A stretch of DNA of 63,878 nt, counting the filler, from Octopus bimaculoides (Eukaryota), in assembly GCF_001194135.2 (NCBI RefSeq). It is 7 parts of 7 records of this genome, joined end to end, with 100 filler letters (N's around TTAATTAATTAA, not from the genome) between each part and the next. Parts side by side here need not be neighbours in the genome. Positions count along the whole stretch, not along the records: positions 44,596 to 53,859 come from NC_069005.1; positions 53,960 to 58,857 come from NC_068989.1; positions 58,958 to 62,774 come from NC_068981.1; positions 62,875 to 63,878 come from NW_026414515.1; 3 more parts are not named here. The stretch is one strand, 5' to 3'. The notes beneath the pieces are model-generated. The model was not told where the DNA came from, did no database searches, and saw only the letters and a list, made by a program, of their open reading frames with translations. Numbering within the stretch: position 1 is the stretch's first letter; each line of letters starts with the position of its first letter. Of this stretch, positions 52,014 through 63,878 are shown piece by piece. Position numbers and translations under genes: made by a program.

Positions 52014-52330
52014 TATAACCTCCGCCTTAGCGAAGGCGGAGGTATTGTTTTCAGTCGTGTTTGTTTGCTTGTTTCTTTGTTTGTCAGTGGTCAAGATATC
52101 TCAAGATCCGCTGGATGGATTCGGATGAAACTTTCAGGGATGTTTGACCTCGTGACTGGCACGAACTGATTAGATTTTTGGATCGATCCGGTACCGGACA
52201 AGGATTCTGCATTATTTTTCCTGTCTTTTACTTAATTTTCGAGAGAGGTCGTATTCATTTTTAGTATTCTCGTTTGTGAGAGCAATCGCATTTATTTCAG
52301 ATATTCTCATTTTAAAAATTATCTAATTTT
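52014..52330 (+). mobile_element. Helentron-associated (HINE/DINE-1-like) non-autonomous element, 5' part
   Basis: Subterminal hairpin ACCTCCGCC-ttagcgaa-GGCGGAGGT (52018-43) after a T-rich site, followed by a (GTTT)n tract; no 3' terminus seen. Confidence 0.6.
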
Positions 52331-53125
52331 ACTTTTCTTTTGCTGTTTTCAGTCGTTGAAATTGTAACTTTGGTTTACGGATATATCCAGGTGTCTTCTA
52401 GAAAAAGTTTCACCCTGATTCAATCACGGAACGGGCTTTCTGCTCGTTCGGGAAACATTCTCGGATATACATATTTCCAATGAGTCTTTCTTTCCACAAG
52501 GTGGCCAGCCCAAGTTGAAATAGAGGAGTGTTTGTTGGAGAAAATGAATTACCTTCCTTGTACTCAAACGACCCTAATCATAGTAGTCAACTTCGTGTGA
52601 CAGACGCCACTCCCAGAGACATTAGCTATGTCACCAGCAATAACAATATCCAAATACCAACAACAGCTAGAACAATAACAACACAACGACGTCAACAGCC
52701 AAAACAAGACCACTTACACCAGCATAACCCGTGACAACTCCAACAACAGTAACAAAACTAGGAACAACAATACTAATCACAATAACAACAACACTAGCCC
52801 GTCCCGCTCAAAAGGTCCCTGAATAAGGGTTTTTGAGGATGTTGGACGAAACACTCATGTTTCCAGAGGTGAATTACCCAACCCCAAAGAATTCGTCTCA
52901 ACACATGGCTATGATGCTCCCCAACTACTTCTGCTCGTGATCGGAGATGCACATATCGTCAGCCACCAAGGGACATGCTCAACTGGTTAAGGTCAAACAA
53001 CTGACAAGCAAACCTGTGGTATTGAGCAGAATATTTACTGTAGCCTATCTTTTTACACGAAGACAAAACAATGTACATGATAACACTTCCAATCATGCAC
53101 ATGATAACACTTCCAGTCAACATTA

Positions 53126-53179
<54 letters not shown>

Positions 53180-53191
53180 CATTATTATTAT

Positions 53192-53460
53192 TGCACCCTC
53201 TCCTATATGTACTGTCTTCTGAGCCATTACTGCGGAAGCTGGAGGCTTTGAGGGGTGGCCAGCGTGATCTAGAATGTGGGAGAAGTGTGTCTGCTTACGC
53301 TGATAATGTCACTGTCATAGTGTCGAGCCGCAGGCATACAGACCTGATTGGCGACACACTACCAGAATATGAAGCGGTGACAGGAGCAAAAATTAACGCG
53401 GAAAAGTCAGTGGACTTGCAACCCGGTACCTGGAGAGGCAAGTCGGTACCTGGAGAGGCT
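53192..53460 (+). mobile_element. L1/Tx1-type reverse transcriptase fragment
   Basis: PLLYVLSSEPLLRKL..SAYADNVTVIV..YEAVTGAKINAEKS..GTW. Confidence 0.8.
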
Positions 53461-54002
53461 GGATTTCCAAGCGTGACCCCACCCCCACCCACTAACCGCC
53501 AAGACACAAAACTATTTCATTCTTACCTGGGTTAGAGGACAGGTGTATCAATTACGAACAACACGTTCTTACTTGCAAGACTACCGCAAGTTCTTTTGTT
53601 TGTTTGTTTTTGTGACATTTTGTTGTTGTTGTTTCTTGTGGGAGATTGTTTTTTTTCTATTGTGTTTTGTTTTTGTTTTCGTTTTTGTGTTGTATTTTAT
53701 TTTTGTTTTGTTATTTGTTTTTTGTTTTTTTTTTGTTGTTGTTTTTTCAAGTGAAAACAAGAGTTGCCCCTACATCAAACCCCCTTTCTCGTTCTCGCAC
53801 GATATTTTTCAAATGGCAAGATAAAAAAAATAATTTAAAAAATCAACAAAACTTGTATGNNNNNNNNNNNNNNNNNNNNNNNNNNNNNNNNNNNNNNNNN
53901 NNNTTAATTAATTAANNNNNNNNNNNNNNNNNNNNNNNNNNNNNNNNNNNNNNNNNNNNATATATGTATGTATATATATATATATATATGTGTGTATACA
54001 CA

Positions 54003-54625
54003 CAGAGTGTTCAAAAGGTCTCTCCACAGTGAATTTTTTCATCTTGTGCCTGCGCAACTTGGCTATCACTGCGTGGGCAGCCAGGTGTCAGCCATTGTCC
54101 CTCAGTTATTGTGTACCCTTCAGCATGTTGACATGCTAACCATTGAAGAACATACATTTTTAGTTGAATGGGTGTTTGGTGCTGGAAAAAATACACGGAT
54201 ACTGTGAAACAGAAGTCCAGTGAAACTTTTCCAAATACTGTTGTTCCACATCATGACACTGTGCGGGATTTGGTAAGAAAATTTAGAAACACAGGCTCAG
54301 CGGAAGATGCAGCAAGAAGCAGTAGGCCTACTGTTCTTCCAGATGAAACACTCTCCAATATTTCTGATAAAATGTTGGCAAGCCCGTCAATGTCCTTACG
54401 CAAATTGTCACAGAAAATGGAAATCAGCCTAGGAAGTGCTCAGACAGCAGTAAAAAAGAAATGAAATTTTATGTATTGAAAATGCAGGATGATACTTTCA
54501 AGACCTCATATAAAGTTTTTTAAGTCTTGTAAAGTCTAATATAGTCTTTCGTAGTCGTATTCCATCTTGTAAATATTTATTTTGCAATAAAATACTTACT
54601 GCGGAGAGACTTTTTGAACACCCTG
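54003..54625 (+). mobile_element. Internally deleted Tc1/mariner element retaining the HTH region
   Basis: 28-bp TIRs with 3 mismatches (CAGAGTGTTCAAAAGGTCTCTCCACAGT); TVRDLVRKFRNTGS..RSSRP..SPSMSLRKLSQKM; no catalytic domain. Confidence 0.88.
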
Positions 54626-55601
54626 TATATTACAACACAATTTTATATAAGGTTATATATGAATACAAAATTTTAAAATAACTACGTCACAGACGTGAGG
54701 TAACACTGAGAATTTGAGGAATACAAAAAATGTTAATGAGGACAAGTTATTTCCCCTTAATCGGAGGGGGAAAAAACCTTTATAGACTTTGGGGATGGTT
54801 TGAGCTCTTGTTTTGATCCATACATGTAACTACCAATAAATTGGTTGAGTGCCCTTCTTTCATTTGTTCACTCACTCATATAAATATATACATACATACA
54901 TATATATATATATANNNNNNNNNNNNNNNNNNNNNNNNNNNNNNNNNNNNNNNNNNNNNNNNNNNNNNNNNNNNNNNNNNNNNNNNNNNNNNNNNNNNNN
55001 NNNNNNNNNNNNNNNNNNNNNNNNNNNNNNNNNNNNNNNNNNNNNNNNNNNNNNNNNNNNNNNNNNNNNNNNNNNNNNNNNNNNNNNNNNNNNNNNNNNN
55101 NNNNNNNNNNNNNNNNNNNNNNNNNNNNNNNNNNNNNNNNNNNNNNNNNNNNNNNNNNNNNNNNNNNNNNNNNNNNNNNNNNNNNNNNNNNNNNNNNNNN
55201 NNNNNNNNNNNNNNNNNNNNNNNNNNNNNNNNNNNNNNNNNNNNNNNNNNNNNNNNNNNNNNNNNNNNNNNNNNNNNNNNNNNNNNNNNNNNNNNNNNNN
55301 NNNNNNNNNNNNNNNNNNNNNNNNNNNNNNNNNNNNNNNNNNNNNNNNNNNNNNNNNNNNNNNNNNNNNNNNNNNNNNNNNNNNNNNNNNNNNNNNNNNN
55401 NNNNNNNNNNNNNNNNNNNNNNNNNNNNNNNNNNNNNNNNNNNNNNNNNNNNNNNNNNNNNNNNNNNNNNNNNNNNNNNNNNNNNNNNNNNNNNNNNNNN
55501 NNNNNNNNNNNNNNNNNNNNNNNNNNNNNNNNNNNNNNNNNNNNNNNNNNNNNNNNNNNNNNNNNTATATATATATATATATATGTATTTATGTAAGATT
55601 T

Positions 55602-55773
55602 AAAGTAAACAGAAAATGGAAAAATATTGATCAACAACGATTGACTTACATCAATTGTTATTTTTTAATTCAATACAAATAGATTTAGATGGGATACAGT
55701 CTATTTGTATTGAATCAAAAAATAATAAAGTCAATTGTTGTTGATCAATATATCTCCATTTTCTGTTTACTTT
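55602..55773. repeat. Fold-back palindromic element
   Basis: AAAGTAAACAGAAAATGGA / TCCATTTTCTGTTTACTTT outer arms, further paired blocks inward and a loop of about 16 nt. Confidence 0.85.
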
Positions 55774-56110
55774 CAATTTGATTCATGATAAGCTCATGTT
55801 TATCTTTGTCAATACCTGTAATCTATGAGCATAATGTGCTTACATATGTATGTCCAGGGTTAACATAGGTAATTATACCTGTAGTATAATGGATACTATT
55901 ATTCCCTAGTATTCCAACCTCTAACTCTACTATGCTTATATATATATATATATATATAAAAAGTAAACAAGAGTGAAAAAACTACAGAAGGCTTGTGTTA
56001 CATGGTTAAAGTATATATTTAAAATATGTCAGAAAAATGTTATAAAATTTTTTTGGTATATAAACATTGTATTTGGAGAAATTACCGGTTTCATGTTGTC
56101 TTTTCAAATA

Positions 56111-56207
56111 TCTCTACTTCATGGTAACATGTCTTCACTCCCGTGTGTAAATAAAAGACTCTTTTATTTACACACGGGAGCGAAGACATGTTACCATGAA
56201 GTAGAGA
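56111..56207. repeat. 97-bp near-perfect palindrome abutting a gap
   Basis: 48-bp arms, 1-nt spacer (C56159), one mismatch. Confidence 0.9.
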
Positions 56208-56429
56208 NNNNNNNNNNNNNNNNNNNNNNNNNNNNNNNNNNNNNNNNNNNNNNNNNNNNNNNNNNNNNNNNNNNNNNNNNNNNNNNNNNNNNNNNNNNNN
56301 NNNNNNNCAAAATGGTGTATTTTATGTGCCACCCGCACAAGAGCCAGTCCTGGGGCAGTGGCAATGATCTCTCTCGAAAGTCCTTACACATGCCATGGGC
56401 ACAAGTGCCAGAAAGGCGACGCTGGGCAT

Positions 56430-56905
56430 TCTTTTTTTTTTATTTCTGTCAGTCATTTGACTGCAGCCATGCTGGAGCACTACCTTTAGTCTTTAGCTCG
56501 AGAAATCGACCCCAGGTCTTATTCTTTGTAAGCCTAGTACTTACTCTATCGGTCTCTTTTGCTGAATCACTAAGTTACAGGGACGTAAACACACCAACAT
56601 CGGTTGTCAAGCAATTTTGGTAGGATAAACACAGACACACAAGCATATCCAACAGCTGTAAGACCTTCTCTTTATAAATGTTCTGAAAACTATTCACAGC
56701 CTTGGATTTTTTATCTCATTCTGTTAGTTTTCATGTATATATATATGACAAGCTTCTTTCAGTTTCCATCAACCAAATCCACTCACAAGGCTTCAGTCAG
56801 CCCGAGTCTATAGAAGACAATTGCCCAAGGTGCCATGCAGTGGGACTGAACCAACAATGATGTGGTTGGTAAGCAAGCTACTTTCCACACAGCCACTCCT
56901 GTGCC
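56430..56905 (-). mobile_element. SINE family A, full length
   Basis: Reverse complement shows head, centre and tail. Confidence 0.85.
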
Positions 56906-56912
56906 TATATAT

Positions 56913-58170
56913 GCAGATGTTCAGGTGCAATAAACACTGTAAACAAACAGGAAACAACTTCTATCTCATTCCAGGGAGAAAAACTAGAGGTAGTCGATAG
57001 CTTCCGCTATCTGGGTGACCAAGTTAGTAGTGGGGGTGGATGCGCTGAAAGTGTAGCTGCTAGAATAAGAATAGCCTGGGCAAAGTTTAAAGAGCTCTTA
57101 CCTCTGCTGGCGACAAAGGGACTCTCACTCAGAGTAAAAGGCAGACTGTATGACACATGTGTATGAACAGCCATGCTACATGGCAGTGAAACATGGGCTG
57201 TGACTACTGAGGATATGCGTAAGCTCACAAGGAATGAAGCCAGTATGCTCCGATGGATGTGTAATATCAGTGTGCATACTCAACAGAGTGTAAGTACCTT
57301 GAGAGAAAAATTGGACCTAAGATGCATCAGATGTGGTGTGCAAGAGAGATGACTGCGCTGGTCATGTGGCGAGAATGGATGAGGATAGCTGTGTGAAAAA
57401 GTGCTACGCCCTAGCAGTTGAGGGAACCTGTGAAAGAAGTAAACCCTGGAAGACCTGGGATGAGTTGGTGAAGCACGACTTTCGAACATTAGGCCTCACC
57501 GAGGCAATGACTAGTGACCAAGACCTTTGGAAATATGCAGTGCGTGAGAAGATCTGACCATAACCCGTGGGTTATGGTGAGACCATAACCTGTGGCCTAT
57601 GCCAGGGGTGTAATCAGCCCACTTATGCATACCTTTCCTTCATTGGACACTAAACTCTGCTTGCGAAGACCTGTTGAAGCAAGTGAAGTTGAAATAAAAT
57701 CAAATTCGCAAATTCGATGACTGGCACCTGTGCCAGAGGAGTGCTAAGAGCACCATCCAAACGTGATCGCTGCCAGAGCAGCTGAACGACTTCCATGCTG
57801 GTGGCACATAAAAAGGACCATTTGAACATGACTGTTACCAGCATTGCCTTACTGGCACTTGTGCTGGTGGCATGTAAAAAAACATTCAAGTGAGGTCATT
57901 GCCAGTGCTGCTGAACTGGCTCCTGTGCAGGTAGCACATAAAAAAACACCACTTGAGCATGGCCATGGCCAGTTCCGCCTGACTGACCCTCGTGCTGGTG
58001 GCATGTAAAAGCATTCACTACACTCTCGGAGTGGTTGGCATTAGGAAGCTGAAGAAACTCTGCCAGATCAGATTGGAGCCTAGTGCAGCCATCTGGTTTG
58101 CCAGTCCTCAATCAAATCGTCCAACCCATGCTAGCATGGAAAGCAGACATTAAACGATGATGATGATGAT
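56913..58170 (+). mobile_element. RTE-clade LINE, 5'-truncated, with long 3' UTR and (GAT)n tail
   Basis: LEVVDSFRYLGD..RIRIAWAKFKEL..KGRLY..LHGSETW..GHVARMDED..KPWKTW; ends TTAAACGATGATGATGATGAT. Confidence 0.92.
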
Positions 58171-58309
58171 CCTTGTTATATTCATCTTGGTAATCCATAA
58201 CAATTTTATGTAAACAGTACCTTATCCTACATTCCATATTTGAGATGTAGAAGGTTGATTTTAAGCTGTTATGTTTCATATATTTATATATATTTTTAAT
58301 CAACGATCT

Positions 58310-58857
58310 CGCTCGAAAATCCTATGAAGGCCAGTCAGGCGGTACTGGCAACGGCCACACTCAAAATGGTGCATCTTATGTGCAGCTATCCTCATCCATT
58401 CTCACCAAATGTCCATACCAGTGCAATCGCCTCCCTTGCACACCACAACTGATGCTTCTTATGTTCAGCTTTTCTCTCAAGATACTTACACTCTGACGGG
58501 TATGCACACTGACATTACACATCCAACAGAGCATACTGGCTTCGTTTCTTGTGAGCTTACGCATGTCCTCAGCATTCACTGCCCATGTTTCACTGCCATG
58601 TAGCATGGCTGTTCGTACACATGCATCATACAGTCTGCCTTTTACTCTGAGTGAGAGTCCCTTTGTCGCCAGCAGAGGTAAGAGCTCTTTAAACTTTGCC
58701 CAGGCTATTCTTATTCTAGCAGCTACACTTTCAGCGCACCCACCCCCACTACTAACTTGGTCACCCAGATAGCGGAAGCTATCAACTACCTCTAGTTTTT
58801 CTCCCTGGAATGAGATAGAAGTTGTTTCCTGTTTGTTTACAGTCTTTATTGCACCTG
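58310..58857 (-). mobile_element. Second RTE copy, inverted relative to 56913-58170
   Basis: Same peptide on the minus strand (MLHGSETWAV..RRLHWYGHLVRMDEDSC); cut by the scaffold end. Confidence 0.92.
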
Positions 58858-59057
58858 NNNNNNNNNNNNNNNNNNNNNNNNNNNNNNNNNNNNNNNNNNN
58901 NTTAATTAATTAANNNNNNNNNNNNNNNNNNNNNNNNNNNNNNNNNNNNNNNNNNNNTATATATATATATACAGGGCAGGGAATCGTCAATTAGTAATAA
59001 GCTATTTCTGAATTCTCAGTATGTTGGAGAAGCATGATAATGCTAATCCCTATATAT

Positions 59058-59094
<37 letters not shown>

Positions 59095-59989
59095 GTGTGT
59101 GTCAGCATATGTGTATGTGAGTTTGTGTGTGTGTGTGTACACATATACTTGCATGTGTGCGTCTTTTTCTATATATACCACTCTTTATAGTGAACGCAGT
59201 CTTCTTTCTGTGTATAAGTGTTATTCTCTCTTTACTTTACTCCATCTGCAGAGAAGCTGAACATTGCAACTTTCAAATTTTCACAACGTTTTACGACTGG
59301 CTTTCATTTTCAGATAAAGAAGTACATGAAGCTTGCTTCTTTATAGACTTTATTTCTCTGGAATCGATTGAAGATAGGAATAAACTTATAAAAGAATATA
59401 TTTACCATGGTTAACAGTATTTAGTTTAGCTACGATGTTCATATACTTGTTTTCTTTTTACAATTCTATTTCATTCTACATTTTTTACACTAAAATCACA
59501 TCCCACAAAAATCAATGGAACACAAAATTTGTATGAAATGCTCTATTGAAAAATCATATAGTCTTGCGTCTGTCTGTTTGTGTGTGTAGCTGTGTGACAA
59601 TGTTTTTAGGTGTGTGTCAGAGTTTGTATGTATGTGAGTGTGTGTGAACGTTGTTCTTTTTGCAAATTTTGTTTTTCCACTACAATTGTTATGCGTGTAT
59701 AGGTGTTGTTGAAAGTGATGTGTTTGAGTGTGAGTTTCGTGTCGGGCTCCGAATTGCATTATTTTCGCTTATACAACAAAGCATCGATTTCTTTCACCAT
59801 ACTTATTTTTCCTGGACTAAGAGGTTCAATGAAAATTCTCATGGTTCACCTATGTTGATCAAATATTTATCTGTTGCTATATCAGCAGTAAAATCACCGT
59901 AGTCGTTATGAATAATTTTATTATTATCATTATTGCAACTTCTATTATCATGTTAATAGTTAAAAATGTTGATAATAATGATTATCATC

Positions 59990-60012
59990 ATTATTACTAC
60001 GAATTCTAGTAC

Positions 60013-60091
<79 letters not shown>

Positions 60092-60323
60092 TAGTTTTAA
60101 TTTTATAACGTGCTTTCACTTCACTACCGAGCGCAGCTCTGTCTGCCTTGGGTATGTGCTGTGGTTTGCTGTGATGCTCTTATGGTTACTGTATTGAAAG
60201 TATTTATTATTATCAGTATCATTATTATTAATAATATCATTATTATTATCATTATCATAATCATTACTATTATTATTATCATTTTGTTATTATTATTATT
60301 ATTATAATTATTATTATTATTAT

Positions 60324-60385
<62 letters not shown>

Positions 60386-60412
60386 CTAGTAGTAGTAGTA
60401 GTAGTAGTTGTT

Positions 60413-60450
<38 letters not shown>
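59990..60450. repeat. (ATT)n and (AGT)n arrays enclosing an R4/Dong 3' end (60089-60201)
   Basis: Direct reading; the insert matches 18723-18840. Confidence 0.9.
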
Positions 60451-60451
<1 letters not shown>

Positions 60452-60921
60452 ACGAAATAGCGACAGTTGATGTACATGCCGTTCATTTTAATGAACATAA
60501 TGTCCGATATTAAATATTATTCCAATGCTCTGCCTATTCAAATGATTATTTTATATATTAGCAGAAACGTTAGCGCGCCGGATGAACTCCTTAACTGCAT
60601 TTCGTCTGCCTTTACGTTTCACGGTGGTGCATCAGCATGGCCGCAGCTCTGAGCTGTAAGTATAGCAAAACAAAATATATATATATATATACATAGGTAT
60701 GTAGATCACTAGCCACTGCACATTCTTTTTTTTTTCTGCTTGTTTCTCTCATTGCTTCTTTCTGTGTTCCTTTCTGTGGAAGAGCCTAGGCTCGAAACGT
60801 TAAAGACATTTTTACTACGCGCGCGTTACACTAATACATCCGTATGTTGTCTACACTACCTGTCTTCGCCTTTTGTTTGCTTTTGTGAATTCTCGTACAC
60901 ACACACACACACACATACACA

Positions 60922-60992
<71 letters not shown>

Positions 60993-61304
60993 TCAATAGA
61001 AATGCGCGCGCACACATGTGTCTGATGTGAAATCGAGCTTGTATGTATACAGCAAGGAACTGTAAATGGAAACTGAATAGCGAATCACTAAGATACTGAT
61101 AAATTAATTATTCCATTCTAGGAAAACTATTGAATGCGTTTTCACTTCAGTACATACACAGATATAAAGTAACACATTCACGTGTTTCGATATGTAAATA
61201 ACAATGTGCAGCCATATGTATATGTTTAGAAGTGTTTTCATATGAGTATGTATACATATACATGTGTGTGGTGTGTATGTTAACACTCAAATAAAGTATA
61301 ACTC

Positions 61305-61372
<68 letters not shown>

Positions 61373-63095
61373 CATACATACATACATACATACACAGAAC
61401 CATGTGTGTGTGTGTGTGTGTGTTATGCATACAGAAACAATTCTCGGCAAATTTATTGACTGAGATAGAATTTCGCTTTCTGTAAATCAATCAAATATTT
61501 TTATAGTCCTAGAACAGAAAAGTAATTGTCTAAGTATTAAATTGCGAAGCTGAATAAATATAAATATTTTGAAGTCAGAATTTATTTCTCATACATCGTT
61601 ATCATTATATATTCATTAAGATTCTACCGCATTGTTTTTATCTCTTAGCTTTTATTTTATTTTTTAATTTTTTTTTTTTTTTTACCTTATTGTATCTTCG
61701 CTTTGGAAATTTAACTATTCTAAATTATGTTGATATTTGTTATACGAATAAAAAGAATGACTTTGATCTAAGCAAAAGTCATAAATTTTAGAAAATTGAA
61801 CCATTATAACTGGACATTTATTTTTCAGACTATTGATGCGATATTCTTTGCAATACGATGAATGTTTCATTAATTATAGCCACTTGCTCAACCTATGTTC
61901 AGCCTATAACCTTACTGTCAGGATGGAGAAAAAATGTCAAAATAATTGTATAACAAATTATTAAATATAACTCATAATTACGTTATTTTGGTGGGGTTTT
62001 CATTCAATTTTATTTATACATTTTTTTTTAGTGAGTAATATAAAGTATTCAGGAGATAATTCTGAAAGAAAGCTTTAAATTCACAACTGAAATCTTCTTA
62101 CAAATGAGAAAACAAATGTGTATGCATTATGTAGATACATAGATAAATTAATAGATGGATAGATAGGTAAGTGAGTAGGTAGGTAGGTAGGTATCTTTCT
62201 TTCTTTCTGTATTAACCACACAGGGCTGAACACAGAGAGGACAAATACAATGTAGAGCGTTTCTTTTCGAAAGAAAAAAAAAAGAGAAAAAGAAATCCCG
62301 ATCAAAAGGGATCGTGTAAAAACAAAAAATAAATCTAATCAAAACAGATCGTGTATCAAGGATCAGAGTAAAAATGTAAAAAAAAACAGTTAGGTTTATC
62401 CGTGGAAAGAAAACGCCTGAGAAAAAGACCACGGTAACCTCAAGCAGGGAGGGAAAAAAACACATGAGAGCAAAGTGCTCTCTCTCTCTCTCTTTTTTGG
62501 ATTTACAGGATCATGCTCAAAGTGGTTTCGTCATTCGCGCGTACCATCTTTGTAACATTCACCCACCTTTTATTCAATTTTTCATGAGACAAAACTTTGC
62601 ATCTCTATTCTCACTTTCCTTTTCAAGTGGCACTTGAAAAAGTTGATGAGCAATTAACCAGAGAAGGAAGTGTTTGTCTCTAAACCTTTCACTGGAGTCC
62701 ACCACATACATTCTTTCACTATGGCCACCAGTACGATGAAATCTGCCTTGCCTTCCTGGTTAAGGGAAGGTGGTNNNNNNNNNNNNNNNNNNNNNNNNNN
62801 NNNNNNNNNNNNNNNNNNTTAATTAATTAANNNNNNNNNNNNNNNNNNNNNNNNNNNNNNNNNNNNNNNNNNNNATAAATATTTCTATAAAAATGTCGAT
62901 CATCTTCATCGTTCATCTTATAACTTGTTTACAATTGGTAATCTCTGACTTTAACATATCGATACCGTTACAATTGGTGACCCTTCCGTCTCCAATAACC
63001 CTACCGTTACATTGGTGACCCGCGACTACAAACAAACTTCTCCACACCGTTATATATACAAATATATATATATTATTATTTTTTTATCATTTTAT

Positions 63096-63420
63096 CTAGT
63101 TTCAGCTCACGAGCTGTGGCCATGCTGGGGCACCGCCATTTGGTGTTGCTACATAATTTTACTTCACAAATGCTTTTAAGGGATTGACATTTGATGCAGC
63201 TGCCCTCATCTGCACCTCCTGCCACGAAGTTGGTTCATCTGGGACACTTGACAGGAAGAGGTCCAGCTTTATTTTGAAGACACCTACATCCACCCCATGC
63301 AGATCTCTCAGGTCCTTCGGGAGGATATTGAAGAGCTGTGGACCTCTGAAGCCCAGGCTCTTGTCTGCTTTGTAACAGTGAAATGTATTTCATCCTGTTC
63401 TCAGAGAATCCTCTTGTAAA
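63096..63420 (-). mobile_element. CR1-type LINE 3' end
   Basis: SLGFRGPQLFNILPKDLRDLHGVDVGVFKIKLDLFLSSVPDEP..*; 3' UTR ends GGCGGTGCCCCAGCATGGCCACAGCTCGTGAGCTGAAACTAG. Confidence 0.85.
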
Positions 63421-63831
63421 CACGTTTATAGAATGCGTTTATCGTTGCAAGCATCGGCAAAAACATACCTTTCACCTTTCACCTTTTGCTCTATATCTCT
63501 CCACTATTAGTTTTCTGCTAATTTCTTTCTTTCTCCTCCTTCGCTTTCTATAAACTACTTTTGACGTTATATCAAATAACGGGGGTTTTTTTTGGTTTTT
63601 AAAAAAAAATTTGCTAGCGTTCTTTTCATCATATACACAGTCATCACATTCTGTTAAAATGTCTTATTGATGTATTTGGTTTCTTTCTTTCCCTGGTGAG
63701 AAGACTGCATTGCTTTACACCATTTTATTCCTTCTGGAATAATACCAATGTTTTCTTTGGAAGTAAAAAGATTTGAATAGCACCTGCGTTTAACTCCATT
63801 TATTTATTTATACATATATACATATATGCAT

Positions 63832-63862
<31 letters not shown>

Positions 63863-63878
63863 CATATATATATACATA

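Noticed and set aside
52830-52865. TTGAGGA..GAAACACTCATGTTTC as a hammerhead
   Set aside because: GAAAC pairs with GTTTC as a simple hairpin; no helix I or II.
57790-58015. CRISPR-like repeat-spacer look
   Set aside because: Repeats are degenerate, lie in an RTE 3' UTR of a eukaryote, and no cas genes are present.

Overview
AT-rich, microsatellite-saturated eukaryotic DNA that looks like a coleoid cephalopod (Octopus-type) genome; this is inferred from the tRNA-derived SINE families, RTE/R4-Dong/CR1/Tx1 LINEs, Penelope-like elements (PLEs) and TTAGGG repeats. The window is not one locus. Six identical 100-bp spacers (44 N + TTAATTAATTAA + 44 N) join seven separate scaffolds: 1-12549, 12650-28803, 28904-44495, 44596-53859, 53960-58857, 58958-62774 and 62875-63878. 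I found no intact protein-coding gene, rRNA, tRNA gene or CRISPR array; nearly all ORF-track entries are microsatellite or gap artefacts. The identifiable content is decayed mobile DNA plus one cluster of candidate exons (35.4-37.6 kb, minus strand). Most interesting observations: (1) several type I hammerhead-ribozyme motifs, two of them in partial-tandem units of about 526 and 360 bp that resemble PLE pseudo-LTRs or retrozymes; (2) a fold-back element carrying head-to-head TTAGGG arrays between 39-bp inverted repeats; (3) an RTE LINE with a twin-priming-type 5' inversion; (4) retroposons nested in (TAA)n or (GATA)n tracts; (5) a hAT MITE inserted into a splice-acceptor pyrimidine tract; (6) a 67% GC fragment fused to a SINE tail. 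Coordinates and counts were read by eye and may be off by a few bases at degenerate ends.
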